From Lytechinus pictus (lineage: Eukaryota): a DNA stretch of 64,000 nucleotides. Location: the NCBI RefSeq assembly GCF_037042905.1, contig NC_087253.1, forward strand, positions 20,522,001 through 20,586,000, read 5' to 3'. Below are positions 36,632 through 47,878 of the stretch, one piece after another. The notes beneath the pieces were generated by a model that worked only from the letters and a program-made list of their open reading frames with translations, made no database searches and had not been told where the DNA came from. Numbering within the stretch: position 1 is the stretch's first letter; the number at the start of each line of letters is the position of its first letter. Made by a program: the position numbers and the translations under genes.

Positions 36632-38038
36632 TTATTTACAGCGGAATATATAGAGTCTATCCGGAGTGCAGAATGCGATCTTTCCTGATCGGTACTGCTC
36701 GAGATAATACCAAACTCTCTCAGACTTCTCAATCTTGTAATCATTAACAAGGTTTCGGATATGTCTTAGTTCATATGTATACTCGTCAATGCTCAACAAA
36801 CCTCTACAATGCTTCACCTTGGCTATCAGGATTGTATTCCATTGAGATACAGCAGCGAAAGGGTAGCTATCCGGTTCCGTTAATTCATGTTGTACAGCAC
36901 CCTGTTTGTCTATCAATCTGATGGTATCCCTTGATGAAGTGATCAGAGAACCAAGGTAACTAGTGATTTGATATGGTCTGTACCCGTTGCATGGTATCTC
37001 CCTGACTGCTTGCCCACCTGCTGTTGAAAATATCTGGATCTTCATGGGTATCATGTAGCTCACATAGATCTGATCATCACCTTTAACAGTGAGATGAGGA
37101 AACCAACCTTTTTTTCGACTTAGAGTCTTAAACATTACATTCAATTGTGTGTACTCTGTTGTGTACAGTGTGATGATGTTTGAAATATCAATCACAACAC
37201 ATCGACCATCAGAGAGGAACCCTACCCCATCAATCTTAACATCGTTCAGAACAGTTTGCTGCAGCTTACCATCAGAAGAGAAGATGGAGATGCCACCGGA
37301 GTGATATCCTACTGCCATCCTTCCATCTGGTGTACTAACCATGACATTCATGTTATTTTTAGCTGGTAAAGCAACGTTTTTTACATTATCAACATAACAA
37401 GTAGGCAAAACGACAATATTATGCTGTAGAGCGGTTTGAGCTATACAAAAACTAACTATTATTGTTATCATTATATAAAAAATCTCACTAAGGCCTAGCT
37501 CATTATTTCCAATGATTCTCTTAAACACACCTTTCCCCTTCTTGCAGGTTGAACAGAAGCACTCCTCATCTTCTTTCGGGTGTTTCCTGCATTTGCGGTA
37601 TCTACGTACAGACACCTTGCCTGACGAGATCTCACTCATGTCAATGACTTCATGATCGATAAAGCCTTCCCATTGAGAGTGCTTAATAAGACAAAAGGTG
37701 CAGAGATACGTGTCACAATCTTGACAGTAGACATCAGCATGGGGCTTGTCATTGGATTTACAATTTGTGCAAATCTGATGATGGCCCTTCATATCCTCTA
37801 TCAGACTCTTCAAAGCAAGATTTACCTGTAGTCTGCCGACATCTTTGTTTGGGACCTGGGTTACAGCTCTGCAGACAGGGCATCGGATCTGGGAGTTACC
37901 GTGGTACTCTAAAAGGTTGTCCAGACAAGTCTTGCAGAAAGTGTGAGAACATGACAGGATCTTGGGATCGGTGAATGTAGAACGACACACTGGACACTCT
38001 GTACTCTGGGAGATGACAGTCTTTAATGCTTCAGCCAT
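36632..38038 (-). CDS. TRIM-derived protein, copy 3, 468 aa: RING, B-box1, truncated B-box2, hydrophobic segment, beta-propeller
   Basis: Intact ORF. In-frame loss of about residues 167-334 of the 633-aa form (junction ~37540, CSTCK|KGKGVF). Novel segment IFYIMITIIVSFCIAQTAL at 37427-37483. Confidence 0.92.
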   Translation of the reverse strand: MAEALKTVISQSTECPVCRSTFTDPKILSCSHTFCKTCLDNLLEYHGNSQIRCPVCRAVTQVPNKDVGRLQVNLALKSLIEDMKGHHQICTNCKSNDKPHADVYCQDCDTYLCTFCLIKHSQWEGFIDHEVIDMSEISSGKVSVRRYRKCRKHPKEDEECFCSTCKKGKGVFKRIIGNNELGLSEIFYIMITIIVSFCIAQTALQHNIVVLPTCYVDNVKNVALPAKNNMNVMVSTPDGRMAVGYHSGGISIFSSDGKLQQTVLNDVKIDGVGFLSDGRCVVIDISNIITLYTTEYTQLNVMFKTLSRKKGWFPHLTVKGDDQIYVSYMIPMKIQIFSTAGGQAVREIPCNGYRPYQITSYLGSLITSSRDTIRLIDKQGAVQHELTEPDSYPFAAVSQWNTILIAKVKHCRGLLSIDEYTYELRHIRNLVNDYKIEKSERVWYYLEQYRSGKIAFCTPDRLYIFRCK

Positions 38039-39263
38039 GGTTAGATTTTTATAAGACTGAAAAAATAATTATTACAGAACACAATGGAAAATGATAAACA
38101 CGTAAGGACCATAGAATCTGTCATTTGACTTACATCACTGAGTAATAAAAGGATCGCCTGGGGTTTTGGAATAGGGGAAGGAGGGGGAGGAGCAAGGGTA
38201 AATTGGGAATGATAAAATGAGGGGGAGAGGAGAAAGGGGAATAGGAAAAGGAGCTTGGGATGATGGGAATTAATTGCGAAGGTGAAAGGAAGGAATGAAA
38301 AGAGAAGAGAAGTAGGAATAATATGGCTTTTTAAAAAGTATGTATTTTTATTGGTTTATTTCCAATTAGTCTAATGCCATTTCGTCTAATTTCCAAACTC
38401 GTTTACTATCATTTGGTCTAGCATATTAAGTTAGTCCACAATCCACATTGTCTAATTGCAATTCCTTTCAATCACCAAGTTATATAATAACCAGTTGGTC
38501 CAATAGCCATTAAGTCCACCATCTGATCTAACTGGACTTAGTGTTAATTGGACAAAATGAATAAAAATAAAATGGATATTAGACCAACTGGTTGTGTGAC
38601 GAAATGGTAATAGACGAACTTGTGATTAAACGAGGTGATGATTGGACCAAATGGTTGTTAGACGAAAAATTGATTGACGGAATGGCATTAGACTAAATTA
38701 AGGTAGACCATGTGATGAGTGAAAGAATTGGCATTAGACGAATCGGCAATTTACCTTTTCATTTTCCCCATTACTTCCGGGTTGAAAAATAAGTCTGATC
38801 ACCCCTAAACACCGATTTTTATGGAATTTATTTGTTTCGATCCTGTCTGTTCATAAATAGGAACGTTACAATTTTCTCACTGGTAATAATTGCGTTATTA
38901 TTAAAGAAAAATGACAATCCAATAATATTGAAGATACAACCATTAAACAAGCCATATCAATCAGAGTGTGATTTCAAATTCGACACGTTTCTTATACATA
39001 TGGCATTTAAATGTGTAAAATAGATACAGAATATATTTTGAAAATACATGAATTGTTCAATATACTTACATCAATCTGCTTATGTCCATTAAAAACGATA
39101 TGTTTCTCAGTTTGATCGAAGTAATAATATTATACGGGGTCTAATAGCAGCAGTATTAGATATTTTGGCTACATCAATTCATAATAGTGGTGTGTACCGA
39201 ATCGTGTGCAAATTTACAGTTGTTTACGAATTCTAGTTCAATATCAAACTATTTTTAGTGATT

Positions 39264-39273
39264 GGGAATTCCC
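39264..39273. promoter_or_regulatory. NF-kB consensus site upstream of copy 3
   Basis: GGGAATTCCC; candidate donor 39069-39064, acceptor 38058-38057. Confidence 0.6.
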
Positions 39274-42200
39274 AGTAACCTTTGACATGTTTCAATTGTG
39301 CATTCATGTACTTCAATTCAGCGTAACGGTTGTTTGATGGTGTGGTTTTTGTTTACCTGATTGAAAATAATCGGAATGTTTGTAGTATATTATTTACTTG
39401 TTCAGAGAGAAAAAAAGAAAAGAACGAAAAAAAGATAGAGAAAGAAGAAAGTAAAGAAATAACGAAAGAAATAGTTGGAAGGGAAGTAGGAAATAATGAA
39501 ATAAGTGGTAGGACGGAAAAGGGAACATAAGAAGAAAGGAAGGAAGAAAGAAAGGAAATTAAAAAAAATACAGAAAGAAAAAAAAACAGAAGGAAAGAAT
39601 GCATGAAAGGAAGGAAGGAAGAAAGAATAAAAGAACAAGGAAGGAATGAATAAAATGAATAGATCGATAAACAAAGAAAGAAAGAAAGAAATAAAGGAAG
39701 AACGAACGAACGAAAGAAAGAAAGAAATGAATAAAGAAAGGATGATAGAAATAAATAAATAAAGAAAGAAAGAATGAAAAAAGAGAAACAAAGAAACAAA
39801 AAACAAAAAAAAAAAAGAAAAAAAAGAAAGAAAGAAAAAAAGAATGAGTAAAAAAGGAAAGAATGAAAGAAAGGAACAAAGGAAGAAATAAAGAAATAAA
39901 GAAAAAAAAATAGAAAGAAAGAATGACAGAAAGGAACAAAGAAAGAAAGGAATAATAAAGAGAAGATGCAAAGAAAATGAAAAAACTGGAACAATTAGAA
40001 GATGAAAGAAGAAGAAACAAAGTCGACATTGATAAAGAAAAGAGGGTGGGAAAAGAAGAATGAAATAAGAAAAAAAAACGGGAAGAGAAAGGAACAAAAG
40101 ATCAAAGTAAGAAAAACATAATAGTAAAAAAAGGGAAAGTGAGAGATAAAAGGAGACAAGAGGAAAACAATGGGCAAAAAGGAGGAGGAAATATAAGAAA
40201 GGAGAAAAATAGAAGAAGAAAAGAAAAGAGAAATGAAAAAGCAGAAATTAATCTTATTTGGCTGGAGGCAACAAAGCTGAAAATCCTGATTTGACATTTT
40301 GTCTTTTCAAGATGGAATTAACAGGGACGGATCCCAGGAATTTTTAAATTGGGGGGGGGGGGAGGGCGTAACAGGCACCATAGGTACGTCCTGCCGGGGG
40401 GATCTAGCTGGGGCCCTCCCCAAGAAAATTTTGTTAAAATTAAACCCCTTATTGTACGCGATTTCAGCGTTTCTGAGGTCAATCTCTCTTTGTGAAAAAT
40501 TATCGATTTCATAAGTAAAAGGGCGTTATGATGACCTAAAGTTGACGCTAGGGGCTTGATGACTGTAATAGAAAAGACAGATTGTGGTACGCATTATACA
40601 ATGTAAATATGGTAGAGTAGGCGTGACTAACCAAGTCTTCTTCTTTACATTCATGCATGCTGTCAATCAATGAAATATTCAAATGTAATAAATCCAATAT
40701 AGTCATGTCATATATAATGTCACTAATTCTAAAAAAAAAACACGTTTTTAGTGATGAGTAAGTTGTGTTTTTTGTCCGGTAGCGTGGTTTGCATTCATAT
40801 GAACAAATGGAAAGCGGTGCCATTGCAAGTAGGCCTGTGGGGTCGGGCCGGACGTTACGAGGTCGTAAATTAAACATGGGTATGTACCTCATTCCTTCTG
40901 TTTTAAACATTTCTCTCTACTTAAAAATGACACCTTTTTTTCTGTAGGTTGCCCCCAAATAGGGGGCCGGGGCCGACTGGGCCCCTTCCCCTTGGGTCCG
41001 CCCCTGATCAACTGATGACTACATCATTCTTCAAAGTTCTTAAAGGGGTGATACTCCAGGATTAAAATACGACGATTGGAACAAAATAATAAGGGAAGTT
41101 TAGACAAAGAACATACTGGAAATCTCATCAAAAGCGCACGAGGAAATACAACGTTATGACATTTTAAATGTTGCAGTATTTCGGTGAAACAGTTTTTGTT
41201 TTATACATGTCGTCTTGTGCATTGATCAAGCCGATGATATCATCTTTCCGCTTTTGTGTATTTTTTTCAATGTATGAAATCTTTATTTTTTAATCCAAGA
41301 ATGTTAAGAATGGGATTGATTTGTGATTTAGGCTTATTTTGTAAGATAGTCAGGGGTAGAAGTAGTAAGGATAGTAAGTGGATAGAGATAGAGGAGTAAC
41401 AAACAAAGAGAAAACAAAGAAAAGACTAAAGAGGGAAAGATGAATAGGAGGGAAGAGGTAAAACAGAAAGGGATTAAGTAGAAAAGGAGAAAATGAGTGA
41501 GAAAAAAGCAAGAAACAGGAACTTAAGAGAGAGAGAGAGAGAGATGATAAAAGAAGAAAAGAAGGTAAACAAAATGAAGAAAATCAAACTATATCTGTAA
41601 GGAGAAATGCCATTGGACATGTTGAATTGGAAAAAGACGAGATAGCATATGAGGCGTTCCTCCTCCCTGGCGCACCTGATTAGGGCATTCTTGCAATTAA
41701 ATCGCAGACGCTTTATATAACACAGATAATCTTTTGACCATAGCTCTTCATAACAAAACAGCCTTTGTCGAAAATCGGTGAATCAAATCAGCAGTGTCGT
41801 CCTAGACTCTGACTAGGCAAACGACACATTAGATATATTTCGTCCGGTCCGAGTCTTAAGACGATGTAGGCCTACTATCACGGTCCACGAACTTTCGACA
41901 ATGACCTCTAGTATGTCCGATGTAATTTGACAGGCATTTCAATAGATTATCATCGTTGTTTTTTTCTTTACTTCCTTCCTTATTCATTTNNNNNNNNNNN
42001 NNNNNNNNNNNNNNNNNNNNNNNNNNNNNNNNNNNNNNNNNNNNNNNNNNNNNNNNNNNNNNNNNNNNNNNNNNNNNNNNNNNNNNNNNNNNNNNNNNNN
42101 NNNNNNNNNNNNNNNNNNNNNNNNNNNNNNNNNNNNNNNNNNTTTATTTTCTCTTTTCCTTCNNNNNNNNNNNNNNNNNNNNNNNNNNNNNNNNNNNNNN

Positions 42201-43236
42201 NNNNNNNNNNNNNNNNNNNNNNNNNNNNNNNNNNNNNNNNNNNNNNNNNNNNNNNNNNNNNNNNNNNNNNNNNNNNNNNNNNNNNNNNNNNNNNNNNNNN
42301 NNNNNNNNNNNNNNNNNNNNNNNNNNNNNNNNNNNNNNNNNNNNNNNNNNNNNNNNNNNNNNNNNNNNNNNNNNNNNNNNNNNNNNNNNNNNNNNNNNNN
42401 NNNNNNNNNNNNNNNNNNNNNNNNNNNNNNNNNNNNNNNNNNNNNNNNNNNNNNNNNNNNNNNNNNNNNNNNNNNNNNNNNNNNNNNNNNNNNNNNNNNN
42501 NNNNNNNNNNNNNNNNNNNNNNNNNNNNNNNNNNNNNNNNNNNNNNNNNNNNNNNNNNNNNNNNNNNNNNNNNNNNNNNNNNNNNNNNNNNNNNNNNNNN
42601 NNNNNNNNNNNNNNNNNNNNNNNNNNNNNNNNNNNNNNNNNNNNNNNNNNNTTTTCCTAAACAAGTCAATACTAAACTACCGGCACACCAATTTTTCAAA
42701 AACACTTCATTGATTTATCAAGTACATAAGAAGAATGTGTTATGTCCTCATCTAAGGTATTTATTTCATTAAAATCTGAAAAAAAAATACAGTTCAATAA
42801 AACAGTAATAATAACAGCCAAATTAAATAAAATATGGATCTGAATTGTGTTTTATAACACATAAGCTTTTTTCATATTATTACTCTTCCAGATTGCGAAA
42901 TTTCATTTCATTTATTAAATTTCAAAAATTCACAATATATTTTGGGGGTTCGTACATCTTAAGAAATAAAACGTAAAGCAAGTTTCTAAAAATTATATAT
43001 TCAAGAATATCATACACACAGGTTTGGAATTGTCAAATTGGTGATCGAATCTCTTTTAAATTATTGTAATAATTGATTTATCTTTTAATAAACTGATTCT
43101 ACGGATAAATTTGTTCTGTAGAGCTCATGTGAGCAGGGTTATTAAAAAGTTAAATGTTATTATTCCTAGATTTGTATATCATTGTTCTTGATCATATTTG
43201 TGCGAGGATCAAACATTGCATTCATAAGGACCATAT

Positions 43237-43292
43237 CAATGAACGTAGTGGGTAGCAACCCTCGGCAGTGTTGCTGCCCTCTACGTTCGTTG
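43237..43292. mobile_element. 56-bp palindromic mini-MITE (copies 7503-7557, 33780-33835, 52701-52756)
   Basis: 26-bp stem with 4-nt loop, CA...TG ends, flanked by a GACCATAT-like 8-bp direct repeat. Confidence 0.65.
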
Positions 43293-46200
43293 GACAATCT
43301 CTTCCTTCTCAATGGTAAGACCAATTAAAATCGTTTTCTCTTCAACCTGGATATTCAGGTTATACTCCACGATTCTTAATAAAAGATAATTTCTGCTAAA
43401 ATAAGTTTACATGCAGACAATACAACAAATAATGATATACAGTTTGATTTTTTTTCCGTGTAAATGACAAGTCATATCTAACGGGATCTTCTATCAAATT
43501 AAATCCTCTACAAAAGGGAAAATCTGATTTAGAAATTGTAAATTGCCGGTAATTGCAGGTAAATTTATTTGTAAACACTAGGCCTATCCATATACGTACT
43601 TCTACCAGAAAAACAAAATACATTGTAAGGATTATGATAATTATTATTTCTATTTCTGCAAAGATTAGAGTTATACATAGATAAACACTTATATACACTT
43701 TTTATATCAATTGTAAACATCTTACCGCCACCATGGTCATTACAAGCCAAGCCTTATTTAATAGATATCATAATCTTAATATTATTTCAAAATCTATTTC
43801 GATTATTTAAGTTTCATTTGAATTCGTGATTTTTTTTTTAAATTGAACTATATACAAAGCAAAATATTAAAAATAAAATAATGGTGTACCTATAAAAAAA
43901 AAAACATCAGACTTGTGTGAATGGACCAAATTGACATTATTTACATGTAAATCTTAACGCCTATACTATTACTGTACAATTTTTGCGCCATCGTCTGAAA
44001 TAAAATAGAGTTATTTTTGCGTTTCAAAGTCGACTTATTCCAAATAATTGCATTATCAAATTGAACTATATACTTTGAAAAGTAGTCGTGTAGTTCAAAC
44101 CATTTCTGTATCAAATGCAGGTAAATTTATTTGTAAACACTAGGCCTATCCATATACGTACTTCTACCAGAAAAACAAAATACATTGTAAGGATTATGAT
44201 AATTATTATTTCTATTTCTGCAAAGATTAGAGTTATACATAGATAAACACTTATATACACTTTTTATATCAATTGTAAACATCTTACCGCCACCATGGTC
44301 ATTACAAGTCAAATATCATATTACATGTACATGAATGGAGAATCGCTTGTTTTCTCATAAAATGTCTAATAACATTATGCGTGAAATACAAGAACTAGAA
44401 ATTTCCCAACATAAGATAAACACAATGAAGATGATGCTTGATAATATTAAAGGTCAAAGTAAAAAAATTAAGGTCAATTGACATTGCTTTTATATGCATT
44501 TTTATGCCATTTTCTGAAATGCCGGCAATATTTTTCTTTTAGTGTTTCACATTCAAGTTGTTCAATATAATAGGATTTTGAAATTGAAGTACTTCGCAAA
44601 AAATTGAAGAGTGTTGATCAGACCATTTCCATGAAGGTAATATTTATATATTTACACATTATAATCATGTCTAGATATAATCATAGCCTAGAATCACGAT
44701 ATATTCCAACTTATGTATAAAAATACAAGTATACGCGCATAAACAGTATAGCATCATTTGGTTTGTCATGAAATATTTATCAACATTATGTCTGATATGC
44801 AAGTACTATAATTTCCCCACACAGGATAAACATGATAAAGATAATGCTTGTTACATGCAAAGTTGAAAATAAAAAGTTGTAAGGAGCGAAATGCTTTTTA
44901 TGGGCGAGAAACGAGAAAGAAATGATCCATCAACGGTTTCTTGTAGTTCTATATAATAGCGGCTTACTTTAACAGAAAATGGCAACTCAGTGAGAATCCT
45001 CTTTAAAAGGGAAAATCCGATGCAGACATTTTAAATTACATTGTTAAATATCTCATAATGCTGAATATTATGTCAAAATCTATTTCGTTTATTTCCGTTT
45101 CATTTGAATTCGTTAATTTTCACAATATTGAAATATATACAGAACAATAAAAATAATAATAATGGTGTACCTATAAACACATCAGGCTGTGAGGATGATC
45201 TAAAATGACATCCCTTAACTCATTACGTCTATACTTTTACTGTACATTTTTTGTGCCATTGTCTGAAATACAATAAAGTTATTTTTTATTTCATAATCGA
45301 GTTATTCCATATAATTGCATTATCATTGCATTGAACTATATACTTTAAAAAAGTAGTAGTGTAATTCAAACAATTTCCGCATCAAATACAGTGAAAATTA
45401 TTTATACACAGGAAAGCCATACATGTACGTATGTCTACCAGAATACAAATACATTGTAAGGATTATGATAATTATTCTTCATAATAAAGAATACAGGTAT
45501 ACATAGATAAACAGTTATATACACTCTTTAATATCGATGGTAAACATCTCACCGCCACCATGGTCAATACTAGTCAAATATTATATACATGTACATGAAT
45601 GGAGAATCATTTGATTTCTCATGAAATATCTAAATAAAATTATGTCTAAAATACAAGAACTAGAAATTCCCTCAAATAGGATGAACATGATAAAGATGAT
45701 GCTTGATAATTGGAAAGCCGAAAATAAAAATTGAGATCTACTAATTATGTTTTTTTTTTATTCGTGCTATTTTCTGAAATACAATAAGTTTTTTGTGTGT
45801 TTTACATTCGAGTAATTCCATATAATTGCAATTTCAAGTTGATCTACTTCGAAAATTTTTAAGAGTGTTAATCAGACCATTTCCACGAAGGTAATATTTA
45901 TTTATTTACACATTATAATAATGTCTAGATATAATCATATCATAGAATCACGATATTCCAATTTATTAATACAAGTATATACGCGCATAAACAGTATAGC
46001 ATAATGTACACACTTTTGATATCAATGATAAAGACCTCACACACCCCATGGGCATTACTAGTCAAATATTATATATAGTCATGTATAAGGATAGAGAATC
46101 ATTTGGTTTGTCATAAAATATTTAACAACATTGTGTCTGATATGCAGGTATGAGAATTTCCAAACACAGAATAAACATGATAAACATGATAAAGATGATG

Positions 46201-46414
46201 GTTGATACATCCAAAGTTGAAAATAAAAAGATACAAGCAGCGATATGCATTTTTATTGGTGAGAAACCAGAAAGAAATTATCCAACAACTGTTTCTTGTA
46301 GTTCTATATAATAGCAGCTTACTTTAACAGAAAATGGCAACTCAGTGGAAATCCCCCCCCCCCCGCCACCTTCTGCGATATTGTGATATCATATATCAAT
46401 GTTAATATCATCCA

Positions 46415-47878
46415 TTATTTTTGTTTGAATATATAGAGTCTATCCGGAGTGCAGAAGGCGATCTCTCCTGATCGGTACTGCTGGAGGTAATACCAAACTC
46501 TCTCAGGCTTCTCAATCTTGAAGTCATTTACTAGGTTTCGGATATGTCTTAGTTCATTTGTATACTCGTCAATGCTCACCAAACCTTCATCCTCCTCCAC
46601 CTTGGCCATCAGGATTGTATCCCACTGAGATACAGCAGCGAAAAGGGGACTACCCGGTTTCTTTAATTCATGTTGTACAGCACCCTGTTTGTTTATTAAT
46701 CTGATAGTATCAATTGATGAAGTGATCAGAAAACCATCGTAACTAGTGATTTGATGTGGTGAATACCCGTTGCATGGTATCTCCCTGATTGCTTGCCCTC
46801 CTGCTGTTGAAAATACCTGGATCTTCATGACTTTCCAGTAGGTCATGTAGATCTGATCATCACCATCAACAGTGAGAATCCCAACTTCATCTTTACTCAG
46901 AATCTTAAACATTACATTCATCTTTGTGTACTCTGGTGTGTACAGTGTGATGCTGTTTGAAAAATCAATCACAACACATCGACCATTAGAGAGGAACCCT
47001 AATCCACGAACGTTAACATCCTTAAGAACTGTCTGCTGAAGCTTACCATCAGAAGAGAAGATGGAGATGCCACCGGAGTGATATCCTACTGCCATCCTAC
47101 CGTCTGGTGTACTAACCATAGCATTCATGCTATTCTTAGCTGGCAAAGCAACGCTCTTTACATTAGCAATGTTATAAGTAGGCAAAACGACGTTCTCTTC
47201 AACTCGGTCTACATTAAAAATCTTACCAAGGCCAACTACAATATTATGCTGAAGAGCGATTTGAGCTATACAAAAACTAACTATTATTATAATCATTACA
47301 TAAATAATCTTACCAAGGCCTAGCTCATCTTTTCCAACTACATTAGCAACCTTACCAAGGCCTAGCTCATTATTTCTAATGTTTCTCTTAAATACACCTT
47401 TTCCCTCATCTTCTTTCGGGTGTTTCCTGCATTTGCGGTATCTACGTACAGACACCTTGCCTGACGAGATCTCACTCATGGCAATAACTTCATGATCGAT
47501 AAAGCCTTCCCATTGAGAGTGCTTAATAAGACAAAAGGTGCAGAGATACGTGTCACAATCTTGACAGTAGACATTAGCATGGGGCTTGTCATTGGATTTA
47601 CAATTTGTGCAAATCTGATGATGGCCCTTCATATCCTCTATTAGACTCTTCAAAGCAAGATTTACCTGTAGTCTGCCGACATCTTTGTTTGGGACCTGGG
47701 TTACAGCTCTACAGACAGGGCATCGGATCTGGGAGTTACCGTGGTACTCTAAAAGGTTGTCCAGACAAGTCTTGCAGAAAGTGTGAGAACATGACAGGAT
47801 CTTGGGATCGGTGAATGTAGAACGACACACTGGACACTCTGTACTCTGGGAGATGACAGTCTTTAATGCTTCAGCCAT
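46415..47878 (-). CDS. TRIM-derived protein, copy 4, 487 aa: RING, B-box1, hydrophobic segment, beta-propeller
   Basis: Intact ORF. Deletion junction ~47405 (KEDE|GKGVF). Segment IIYVMIIIIVSFCIAQIAL at 47252-47308 between GLGK repeats. Confidence 0.92.
   Translation of the reverse strand: MAEALKTVISQSTECPVCRSTFTDPKILSCSHTFCKTCLDNLLEYHGNSQIRCPVCRAVTQVPNKDVGRLQVNLALKSLIEDMKGHHQICTNCKSNDKPHANVYCQDCDTYLCTFCLIKHSQWEGFIDHEVIAMSEISSGKVSVRRYRKCRKHPKEDEGKGVFKRNIRNNELGLGKVANVVGKDELGLGKIIYVMIIIIVSFCIAQIALQHNIVVGLGKIFNVDRVEENVVLPTYNIANVKSVALPAKNSMNAMVSTPDGRMAVGYHSGGISIFSSDGKLQQTVLKDVNVRGLGFLSNGRCVVIDFSNSITLYTPEYTKMNVMFKILSKDEVGILTVDGDDQIYMTYWKVMKIQVFSTAGGQAIREIPCNGYSPHQITSYDGFLITSSIDTIRLINKQGAVQHELKKPGSPLFAAVSQWDTILMAKVEEDEGLVSIDEYTNELRHIRNLVNDFKIEKPERVWYYLQQYRSGEIAFCTPDRLYIFKQK

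Noticed and set aside
40548-40910. 120-aa ORF identical at 50361-50723
   Set aside because: Lies inside a MITE within a recent duplication, is not preserved at ~3490-3860, and has no recognisable domain.
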